This document shows positions 1 to 9,655 of a stretch of DNA of 64,000 nt, one piece after another. A model generated the notes under the pieces. That model made no database searches. It was not told the origin of the DNA and saw nothing but the letters and a program-made list of their open reading frames with translations. Each line of letters begins with the position of its first letter. Within the stretch, counting starts at the first letter, position 1. The position numbers and the translations under genes are program-made. Origin of the DNA: Eledone cirrhosa (lineage: Eukaryota); the NCBI GenBank assembly GCA_964016885.1, contig OZ024740.1, positions 9,052,001-9,116,000 of the forward strand, read 5' to 3'.

Positions 1-117
1 ATTGTTATGTGAGTTTCGATTATTATATCAGTTACTATTGGTATGTCAGTTTCGATTGGTATGTCAGTCTCGATTGTTATGTCAGTGTCTATTGGTATAT
101 AAGTTTCGTTTGGTATG

Positions 118-508
118 CCTCTCAAAGTCAATGACACACGACCGTGACTTCTGGCGTCACGCAGTAATACAGGGTACCCGACCTCCCATGGGTACATGCT
201 GAAGCATATAAACAATATGCCCCCACTCCCCCCACCGCAAGGTGGTCGTGGAGGTGACACAGCAAAAAAGCACCCAGCCCACACTGTAAACAGGACGTGT
301 AGGCGCCACGAGAAAGCACCCAGCACACACTGTAAATGAGGTTGGTGTTAGGAAGGGTATCCAGCTGTAGAAATCAAGCCAGATCAGTTCCTGTATGAGC
401 AAGGCATGGCCAGCCGACCAGACACTGCCCACAACAGGACAACCCGTCTAACCCATGCTAGCGTGGAAGAACGGACGTAAAACAGTGATGATGGTGATGA
501 TGATGATG
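118..508 (+). mobile_element. RTE LINE family A, 5'-truncated 3' fragment (~390 bp) with (GAT)n tail
   Basis: Near-identical to the reverse complement of 2085-2472. Encodes the ORF C-terminus SKSMTHDRDFWRHAVIQGTRP. The tail joins ATG|TCAG of the satellite. Confidence 0.93.
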
Positions 509-2387
509 TCAGTTTCGATTAGTATATCAGTTTCTATTGGTATGTCAATTTCGATTGGTATGTCAGTTTCGATTGGTATATCAGTTTCGAATGGTATTTC
601 AATCTCGATTGGTATGTCAGTTTCGATTGGTATATCAGTTTCGATTAGTATGTCAGTTTCTATTGGTATATCAGTTTCGTGTGGTATATCAGTTTCTATT
701 GGTATTTCTTTGGTATATCAGTTTCGATTGGTATGTCATTTTCTATTGGTATATCAGCTTCGATTGGTATATCAGTTTCAATTGGAATATCAGTTTCGAT
801 TGGTATGTCACTTTCTATTGGTATGTCAGTTTCGATTGGTATATCAGTTTCGATTGGTATATCAGTTTCTATTGCTATGTCAGTTTCTATTAGTATATCA
901 GTTTCGGTTGGTATGTCAATTTCTATTGGTATATCAGTTGCGATTGGTATGTCACTTTCGATTGGTATGTCAGTTTCAATTGTTATGTCAGTGTCTATTG
1001 GTATATCAGTTTCGATTGGTATGTCAGTTTCTATTGGTATATCAGTTTCGTTTGGTATGTCAGTTTTGATTGGTATGTTAGTCCTCGAGTTGTATGGTAG
1101 TTTCTATTGGTATATCAGTTTCGATTGGTATGTCAGTTTCGATTAGTATATCAGTTTCTATTGGTATGTCAGTTTCTATTGGTATATCAGTTTCGATTGG
1201 TATATCAGTTTCGATTGGTATGTCAACTTTGATTGGTATGTCAGTTTTGATTGGTATATCAGATTCGACTGGTATATCACTTTCTATTTATATATCAGTT
1301 TCTATTGGTATGTCAGTTTCAATTGGTATGTCAGTTTCTATTGGTATATCAGTTTTGATTGGTATGTCAGTTTCTATTGGTATGTCAGTTTCTATTAGTA
1401 TATCAGTTTCTATTGATAAGTCAGTCTCTATTGGTATATCAGTTTCGAATGGTATTTCAGTTTCGATTGGTATATCACTTTCGATTGTTATGTCAGTTTC
1501 AATTGGTATATCAGTTTCTATTGGTATATCAGTTTCGTTTGGTATGTCAGTTTCGATTGGTATGTTAGTCCTCGAGTTGTATGGTAGTTTCTATTGGTAT
1601 ATCAGTTTCGATTGGTATGTCAGTTTCTATTGGTATATCAGTTTCGATTGGAATATCAGTTTCGATTGGTATGTCATGATCTATTGGTATGTCAGTTTCG
1701 ATTGGTATATCAGTTTCGATTGGTATATCAGTTTCTATTGCTATATCAGTTTCTATTGGTATATCAGTTTCGATAGGTATGTCAGTTTCTATTGGTATAT
1801 CAGTTGCGATTGGTATGTCAGTTTCTATTGGTATGTGAATTTCGATTATTATATCAGTTACTATTGGTATGTCAGTTTCGATTGGTATGTCAGTTTCGAT
1901 TGTTATGTCAGTGTCTATTGGTATATCAGTTTCGATTGGTATGTCAGTTTCTATTGGTATATCAATTTCGATTGGTATTTCAGTTTCGATTGGTATATCA
2001 GTTTCTATTGTTACGTCAGTTTCGATTGGTATATCAGTTTCTATTGGTATATCAGTTTCGATTGGTATGTCAGTTTCTATTACTATCATCATCATCATCA
2101 TCACCGTTTTACGTCCGTTCTTCCACGCTAGCATGGGTTAGACGGGTTGTCCTGTTGTGGGCAGTGTCTGGTCGGCTGACCATGCCTTGCTCATACAGGA
2201 ACTGATCTGGCTTGATTTCTACAGCTGGATGCCCTTCCTAACACCAACCTCATTTACAGTGAGTTCTGGGTGCTTTTTCGTGGCGCCTACACGTCCACTT
2301 TACAGTGTGGGCTGGGTGCTTTTTTGCCGTGGCACCTCCACGACCACCTTGCGGTGGGGGGGGGGGGGAGCATATTGTTTATATGCT

Positions 2388-5300
2388 TCAGCATGTACCC
2401 ATGTGAGGTCGGGTACCCTGTATTACTGCGTGACGCCAGAAGTCACGGTCGTGTGTCATTGACTTTGAGAGGTGTAGTTGGATAAGGTCGGCTTTTATCA
2501 CCTCATCCCAAGTCATCTTGGGTCTCCCCACTCCGCGGTTTCCATCAACTTCTAGTGCTCTGCACCTTTTTATGCAGCTGTCATCCTTCATACGCATCAC
2601 ATGTCCATACCAGCGTAACCGCCTCTCCTGCACGCAGCATTTGATTCCTCTTATGCTCAGTCTCTCTCTCAATTCATTTATGCTTTGTCGTTCACGTATA
2701 TTACTGTTACACATCCATCGGAGCATGCAGGCTTCGTTTCTCTCTAATCTACGTAAGTCTTCCACCTTCAGCGCCCAGGTCTCACTACCATGCAACATCG
2801 CTGTTCGGATACACGCATCATACAGTCTGCCTTTCATTCTGAGGGAGAAGCCTTTTGCAGCTAGCAGTGGTAGTAGTTCCCTAAACTTCTTCCATCCCGT
2901 TCTTACCCTAGTTATTGTACTTTCTGAGCACCCACCTCCGTTGCTAATTCGGTCACCTAGGTAGCAGAAGCTGTCTACTGTTTCTACAGGGCCCTCCCAG
3001 AGATTGGTGGTACTTGTTTCCTGTGGCTGTTTGCTTGCTGTTTCAGCACAGCTGCTGCATGTGAATCCTACATTCTTAATTAAGCTTCCTGAGATCCCGC
3101 TACATCTCTTGTGTACCCATTGTTTGCATTTGGGGCAAAGAATGGAGTTCCTACCTACACCTTTCCTACATACTGAGCAAGGCCATTTCCCTGAGGGGAT
3201 CTGGGTTCTGTTTTCTCGTCTACTTATAAGGACCTTAGTCTTTGTCATGTTGACTTTGAGGCCCTTTCTCTCTAGTCCCTGCTTCCAGGTTTGGAATTTA
3301 TTCTCTAGTTCTACCATAGATTCAGCTATGAGTGCGAGGTCATCAGCATACAGGAGTTCCCATGGGCATCCGGTCTTAAACTCCTCCGTTATTGCCTGCA
3401 GGACTATGATGAACAGGAGAGGGCTAAGAACAGAGCCCTGGTGGACCCCAACCTGTACGCTAAATTCCTCGCTATACTCATTGCCAATCCTAACTTTGCT
3501 GACTGCTCCCCTATACATGGCTTGTACCGCTTTCACAAGCCATTCATCTACTCCTAGTTTTCTAAGAGCCCACCAGATTACTGCACGTGGAACTCTGTCA
3601 AAGGCTTTCTCAAGGTCGACAAATGCCAAGTAGAGTGGCTTACTTTTAGCTAGGTACTTTTCCTGTAATTGCCTCACAAGGAAGAGCGCATCAGTGGTGC
3701 CTTTCCCTGGAACAAACCCAAATTGCATCTCGTCTATATTCACCCGGTCCCTAATCAGCTGTGCTATAACTCTTTCTGTTACTTTCATGACCTGGTCCAT
3801 CAACTTTATACCTCTATAGTTTCCTCTATCTAGTGCATCGCCTTTACCTTTGTAGCAGTTGACAATGATGCTACTGCACCAATCTTTTGGTATGGCCCCC
3901 TCTAGTATTACCTGGTTAACGATACGTGTGGTTATAGTGTGACCTACAGACCCAGATGCCTTCAGCATCTCGGCAGCTATACCCGATGGACCGGTTGCCT
4001 TCCCTATCTTCATATCTCTGATTGCCTTACTTACTACGCTGCCGCTGACTTGTACTGCTCGTCCCTCTATAGGGTCTACGTGGGGTAGGGTCTCTTCTTC
4101 CCATGCATTCTCCTCATTTAGTAATCTATCATAATGACTCTTCCATGCATCTTTCTTCTCAGCACTTGTGAGGGCAAGCTCACCTTTATCATTCCGGATA
4201 CACTTCTCTCCAATGACATCACAACTATCTCTGACACACTGCCTCGCAATCTTGAATACCTCCTGTTTCTGGTCCTCACGTTGTAAAACATGCTTGAATT
4301 TTCTATCCTCTGCTTCCCTCCTAGCTAAGTATACTTGTCGCCTAGCTTCCCTCTTGGTCTCTATGTAATGTACCCTGCTCCCCCCGTTCTTCCATTCTTT
4401 CCATGCCTGTCTCTTGGCCTTGACTGCTTCATCTACCTTATTGTTCCACCACCAAGTCACTCTCCTCCTGCTTGAGGTCTTACTCCAGCCACAAACCTCA
4501 TCCGTCGCCTCTAGTAAGTTATTTTTTAGGAACTCCCAGTTCTCTTCTACGTTAAATGTCTCTATCTGTTCTTCTTTACTGTCGTAGGCGTTGAGTAAAA
4601 TATCTTTAAATCTGTTACTGGTTGAGGGGACTTTCAGCTTCCAGATCTTTCTTCTCCAGGTTGGCCTCTGTTTCAGGGCTCGTCTAGTTCTGACCGTGAG
4701 GTCGCTGACAACTAAGCTATGTTGGGATGTACATTCCTCACTAGGGAAGGCTTTTGTGTTTACGACCGTCCATCTGTCACGTCCTCTGATGAGGATAAAA
4801 TCTAACTGACTAGAGTGCTCCCCTGATCTATAGGTGATCAGGTGGTTGTCGGGTTTTTTAAAGTTTGTGTTACATATCAACATGTCATTGGCGTCGCAGA
4901 ATTCTAGAAGTCTGAATCCTTCCTCATTCCTTGTGCCAACTCCATGGCCTCCATGTACTCTATTGAAGCCGTCGCAGTGTTTACCTACGTGTCCGTTAAA
5001 ATCTCCTGCAATGATTAGGAAGTCCTTGTCGTCTGTTAGAGCAGTAGTGTGTATTAGGGACTCGTAAAACCTATCCTTAAGTTCGTCTGGCAGCCCCGAT
5101 TGGGGTGCGTAAGCTGATATTATTGTGGTAATTGTCTTATTCAGGACTAGTCTGAGTTTAATGATTCTTGCATTTACCCTGTACACTGAGATTACTTTAT
5201 CTACCCACTTGTCAGCTAATAGTATACCTACACCACCCATCCCATCGTCATTTCCCACCCAGAAAAATTTGTAGCACTGGCTTTTTCCTACAAGGACTCT

Positions 5301-5507
5301 AGCAGACCCTCCTCTCCATCTAGTCTCTTGCACACAGCATACATCAACTTCCTTTCGCTCTAGCATTTCTACGATTTCTCCTGCTCTTCCTTTCATTGAG
5401 CCTACATTGATGGTACCAACTCGGAGTTTTGGGCATTTGTCGACACTCGTAGGGGAGGGTCTCTGGGTTGGCGCTTCACGTGGGTGCTTGGTAGCTCGCA
5501 GATTCAT
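2388..5507 (-). CDS. RTE-type polyprotein (1039 aa): AP endonuclease + reverse transcriptase + embedded PHD-type zinc finger
   Basis: APE motifs GTINVGSM, CVQETRW, SAYAPQ, AGDFNGH, QLDFIL. RT motifs NYRGIKL, QFGFVPG, FVDLEKAFDRV, GVHQGSVLSPLLF, LLYADD. C4HC3 finger at 3048-3185. RTE C-terminal RRLRWYGHVMRM..GRPKMTW. Confidence 0.95.
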   Translation of the reverse strand: MNLRATKHPREAPTQRPSPTSVDKCPKLRVGTINVGSMKGRAGEIVEMLERKEVDVCCVQETRWRGGSARVLVGKSQCYKFFWVGNDDGMGGVGILLADKWVDKVISVYRVNARIIKLRLVLNKTITTIISAYAPQSGLPDELKDRFYESLIHTTALTDDKDFLIIAGDFNGHVGKHCDGFNRVHGGHGVGTRNEEGFRLLEFCDANDMLICNTNFKKPDNHLITYRSGEHSSQLDFILIRGRDRWTVVNTKAFPSEECTSQHSLVVSDLTVRTRRALKQRPTWRRKIWKLKVPSTSNRFKDILLNAYDSKEEQIETFNVEENWEFLKNNLLEATDEVCGWSKTSSRRRVTWWWNNKVDEAVKAKRQAWKEWKNGGSRVHYIETKREARRQVYLARREAEDRKFKHVLQREDQKQEVFKIARQCVRDSCDVIGEKCIRNDKGELALTSAEKKDAWKSHYDRLLNEENAWEEETLPHVDPIEGRAVQVSGSVVSKAIRDMKIGKATGPSGIAAEMLKASGSVGHTITTRIVNQVILEGAIPKDWCSSIIVNCYKGKGDALDRGNYRGIKLMDQVMKVTERVIAQLIRDRVNIDEMQFGFVPGKGTTDALFLVRQLQEKYLAKSKPLYLAFVDLEKAFDRVPRAVIWWALRKLGVDEWLVKAVQAMYRGAVSKVRIGNEYSEEFSVQVGVHQGSVLSPLLFIIVLQAITEEFKTGCPWELLYADDLALIAESMVELENKFQTWKQGLERKGLKVNMTKTKVLISRRENRTQIPSGKWPCSVCRKGVGRNSILCPKCKQWVHKRCSGISGSLIKNVGFTCSSCAETASKQPQETSTTNLWEGPVETVDSFCYLGDRISNGGGCSESTITRVRTGWKKFRELLPLLAAKGFSLRMKGRLYDACIRTAMLHGSETWALKVEDLRRLERNEACMLRWMCNSNIRERQSINELRERLSIRGIKCCVQERRLRWYGHVMRMKDDSCIKRCRALEVDGNRGVGRPKMTWDEVIKADLIQLHLSKSMTHDRDFWRHAVIQGTRPHMGTC

Positions 5508-5821
5508 ATTTCATCTATTGATTCAGAGTTGCTCGTGTATTCCCAGCTCATCCATCCCTAACGGTGGGAAAATTGAGGGCTAGAAGGACAGTGGTGGTGG
5601 GGTAATGGCAGGGTGTGTTGGGATGCGCCAGAGGAGGAGAGAGTTAGTTAGGCAGGTAGTAGCAGCAGCAGCAGTGGAAATGGCATGCTAGGTTTGATTG
5701 GTCGAATAGACTATGGTGGTGTGTGGGGGTGGGGGGGGAGGGAAATTGTGAGGTAGGAACTGAGGGTCGCATGGTAAATATCCAAGTTAATACTACATCA
5801 GTAAAATTAACAATAATAACG

Positions 5822-6217
5822 TCATGAAAAAAGCTACTAAGAGAAACCCTCGAAAATTTATCGCTAATACAGCAGGGAAAATTTAACGCTAATACAGCAG
5901 GGAACATCATAATATTAACGACATGAAAAAGCTACTAAGAGAAACCCTCGAAAATTTATCGCTAATACAGCAGGGAAAATTTAACGCTAATACAGCAGGG
6001 AACATCATAATATTAACGACATGAAAAAGCTACTAAGAGAAACCCTCGAAAATTTATCGCTAATACAGCAGGGAAAATTTAACGCTAATACAGCAGGGAA
6101 CATCATAATATTAACGACATGAAAAAGCTACTAAGAGAAACCCTCGAAAATTTATCGCTAATACAGCAGGGAAAATTTAACGCTAATACAGCAGGGAACA
6201 TCATAATATTAACGACA
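5822..6217 (-). repeat. 98-bp tandem repeat (4 copies) in the family A 5' region; each unit contains two 25-bp sub-repeats
   Basis: acatgaaaaagctactaagag recurs at 5921, 6019, 6117. The internal repeat gaaaattta(t/a)cgctaatacagcagg occurs twice per unit. Confidence 0.92.
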
Positions 6218-6521
6218 ATATGTAGGCTAAAATACCTTCGTAGATTAGGTGGATGGCTGGCTGGGAAAATTTGAATCAGCTCTAGTGGTACATTTTAGCA
6301 GAGAAGAATGGCAAAGTGTCTTATCTCTTCAATATTTTCAGATTGAATGAATTAGGTTAAAGACAGGGTAGTAAGCCTTAAAGAAGTGCATAGAGGGGGG
6401 GGGTATGAACTGAGGGTCGCATGGTAAATAACTGAGAGAGATACAATAGGATTAGAATACCGCATGGTAAATATCCAAGTTAATAAGTTAATACTACATC
6501 AGTAAAATTAACAATAATAAC

Positions 6522-6834
6522 GTCATGAAAAAAGCTACTAAGAGAAACCCTCGAAAATTTATCGCTAATACAGCAGGGAAAATTTAACGCTAATACAGCA
6601 GGGAACATCATAATATTAACGACATGAAAAAGCTACTAAGAGAAACCCTCGAAAATTTATCGCTAATACAGCAGGGAAAATTTAACGCTAATACAGCAGG
6701 GAACATCATAATATTAACGACATGAAAAAGCTACTAAGAGAAACCCTCGAAAATTTATCGCTAATACAGCAGGGAAAATTTAACGCTAATACAGCAGGGA
6801 ACATCATAATATTAACGACATGAAAAAGCTACTA
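6522..6834 (-). repeat. Second 98-bp repeat array (3 copies plus a partial one), part of a ~700-bp higher-order duplication in the family A 5' region
   Basis: Same unit as 5822-6217. The flanking gaactgagggtcgcatggtaaata and ttaatactacatcagtaaaattaac are also duplicated (about 5757 and 6407). Confidence 0.9.
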
Positions 6835-7564
6835 TTGGTATGTTAGTTTCTATTGGTATGTCAGTTTCGATTAGTATATCAGTTTCTATTGGTTTGTCAG
6901 TTTCGATTGGTATGTTAGTCCTCGATTCGTATGTCAGTTTCTATTGGTATATCAGTTTCGATTGGTATGTCAGTTTCGATTAGTATATCAGTTTCTATTG
7001 GTATGTCAGTTTCTATTGGTATATTAGTTTTGATTGTTATATCAGTTTCGATTTGTATGTCAATTTTGATTGGTATGTCAGTTTCGATTGGTATATCAGA
7101 TTCGACTGGTATATGACTTTCTATTGCTATATCATTTCTATTGGTATGTCAGTCTCTATTGGTATATCAGTTTCGATTAGTATGTCAGTTTCGATTGGTA
7201 TATCAGTTTCGATTGGTATGTCAGTTTCGATTGGTATATCAGTTTCGAATGGTATTTCAATCTCGATTGGTATGTCAGTTTCGATTGGTATGTTAGTCCT
7301 CGATTTGTATGTTAGTTTCTATTGGTATATCAGTTTCGATTGGTATGTCAGTTTCAATTAGTATATCAGTTTCTATTGGTATGTCAGTTTCTATTGGTAT
7401 ATCAGTTTCAATTGGCATATCAGTTTCGATTGGTATATCAGTTTCGATTGGTATATCAGTTTCGATTGGTATGTCAGTTTCTATGGGTATATCAGTTGCG
7501 ATTGGTATGTCAATTTCTATTGGTATGTCAGTTTTGATTATTATATCAGTTACTATTGGTATGT

Positions 7565-9253
7565 CATATCGACCCAATAGAGGGACCAGCAGTGTTAGTC
7601 GAGGGGAGTATAATAAGTAAGGCAATCAAGGATATGAAGACGGGTAAGGCGGCTGGGCCTTCGGAAATATTTGCTGAGATGCTGAAGGCATCTGGCATGG
7701 TGGGACACACCATGGTCACCCGCATAGTTAACCAAGTCGTACAGAATGGGGTTGTTCCGAAGGACTGGCATAGCAGCATCATCGTTAACTGTTATAAGGG
7801 TAAAGGAGACGCCCTAGATAGGTGTAACTATAGAGGCATTAAATTAATCGACCAGGTCATGAAGGTCACGGAAAAAGTAATAGCGCAACTAATCAGAGAG
7901 AGAATTGACCTAGATGAAATGCAGTTCGGGTTTGTGTCAGACAAAAGTACCACAGACGCTCTTTTCATAGTACGACAACTACAGGAGAAGTACCTAGCTA
8001 AAGGTAAACCCCTCTACTTAGCTTTTGTCGACTTGGAGAAAGCCTTCGACAGAGTCCCCCGCTCCATTATCTGGTGGGCTCTTAGAAAACTAGGCGTTGA
8101 CGAATGGCTTGTGAGGGCTATACAAGCCATGTATAAAGAAACAGTCAGCAAGGTTAGAATTAACAACGAGTATAGTGAAGAGTTTAGCGTAAAAGTTGGC
8201 GTCCATCAGGGCTCTGTTCTCAGCCCACTACTATTTATTATTGCCCTTCAGGCTATAACAGAGGAGTTCAAGACAGGCTGCCCATGGGAACTCCTATACG
8301 CAGACGACCTGACACTCATAGCGGAATCAATGGCCGAGCTAGAGAAGAAATTCCAAACATGGAAGCACGGCCTAGAGTCAAAAGGACTTAAAATTAACCT
8401 GGCTAAGACCAAAGTACTAGTTTGTAGGAAAGAAAACAAGGCGGCGGTCCCTTCTGGGAAATGGTCGTGCTCGGTGTGTAGGAAAGGTGTAGGTAGAAAC
8501 TCCATTTTATGTCCTAAATGCAAAGTATGGGTGCATAAAAGATGTAGTGGGATCACAGGTAAGCTAACTAAGAACATAGATTTTACATGTGGCCGGTGTT
8601 CTGGTGCAATAAGTAGCAGCAAGTGCCCACAAAATACTAGCTCTTTCAATTGCGCAGAGGGTTCTATAGAAATAGTGGACAGCTTCCGTTACCTGGGCGA
8701 TAAAATCAGCAGTGGGGGAGGGTGCTCTGAAAGTACTGTAGCTAGAGTCAGAACTGGTTGGAAAAAGTTCAGAGAGCTTATACCACTATTAGCTGCTAAA
8801 GGGTTCTCCCTAAAAATGAAAAGCAGGTTGTACGATGCCTGCATACGAACAGCAATGCTGCATGGCAGTGAGACCTGGGCATTGTGTGCAGAGGATATAC
8901 GCAGACTAGAGAGGAACGAAGCTTGCATGCTCCGCTGGATGTGTAACAATAATATACGTGAACGGCAAAGCATAAACGAACTAAGGAAAAAATTAGAGAT
9001 AAGAGGGATCAGATGTTGTTTACTCGAGAGAAGGCTACGTTGGTATGGACACGTGATGCGCATTAAAGTTGATAGCTGTATAACAAAGTGCAGGGCAATA
9101 AAGATAGACGGTAGTCACGGAATAGGCAGACCTAGAAAAACCAGGGACGAGCTGATAAACTCCGACCGCACACACTTACACCTCTCCAAGACAATGTCAC
9201 TGGACCGAGACCTTTTGCGGTACTCAGTAACAGAGAAGACCCGCCTTACCTAA
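7565..9253 (+). pseudogene. 5'-truncated but uninterrupted RTE RT + PHD finger reading frame (family B)
   Basis: IDPIEGPA...FVDLEKAFDRV...LLYADD...WSCSVCRKG...stop at 9253. Lacks the APE domain and native start. Confidence 0.88.
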
Positions 9254-9655
9254 ATATATAGTAAAACCTACTCCAGCCAGTAGGCATCTCTAACAAAATA
9301 CACCCCGTCCCACCACCACCACCACCCCCATCCCATCCACACCACCCCGTTCTATGTAAAGTTATGTTGGTGCCGCGCCATCGAGGCCGAAACAAATGAG
9401 ATCGTGTAGGTGTCACGACAAAAAACACACAGTCCACGCTGTAATGTGGCCGTGTAGGCAACACGGTAAAAACCTCCCAGACCCACACTGTAAATGTGGT
9501 TGGTGTTAGGAAGGGCATCCAACTGTAGAAAACCTGCCAGACAGTCCTATGCGAGCAAGACAATCACTCTTGCCTCAAGTGGGACTACCCCCGTCCAAAC
9601 CCATGCAAGCGTGGAACACGGACGTTAAACGTTGATGATGATGATGATGATGATG
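7565..9655 (+). mobile_element. RTE LINE family B, 5'-truncated (no endonuclease), (GAT)n tail
   Basis: RT frame runs to 9253, then 3' UTR and tail at 9633-9655. The flanks rejoin to match an uninterrupted satellite paralog at ~10741-10800, implying a target duplication of at most ATGTCA. Confidence 0.93.

Larger units (their letters stand above)
2085..6834 (-). mobile_element. RTE LINE family A, near full-length (~4.75 kb), intact ORF, repeat-containing 5' region, (GAT)n tail
   Basis: (ATC)n at 2085-2103 on the + strand, 3' UTR 2104-2387, ORF 2388-5507, non-satellite upstream region up to 6834 where the satellite resumes (ctattggtatg). Confidence 0.93.

Noticed and set aside
118-508. Short fragments as tRNA-derived SINEs
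   Set aside because: No Pol III A/B box head is visible, and the sequence is collinear with the family A ORF end and 3' UTR.
2518-5067. Antisense ORFs overlapping the LINE ORFs (also 30573-32942, 46511-48880, 56179-57645)
   Set aside because: These are short shadow frames with no recognisable motifs.
2388-5507. RT as a retron, group II intron, DGR or telomerase
   Set aside because: The N-terminal APE domain, RTE C-terminal motifs, 5' truncations and (GAT)n tails identify a non-LTR retrotransposon.
5822-6834. 98-bp repeats as a CRISPR array
   Set aside because: The units are contiguous and identical with no unique spacers, there are no cas genes, and the context is eukaryotic.
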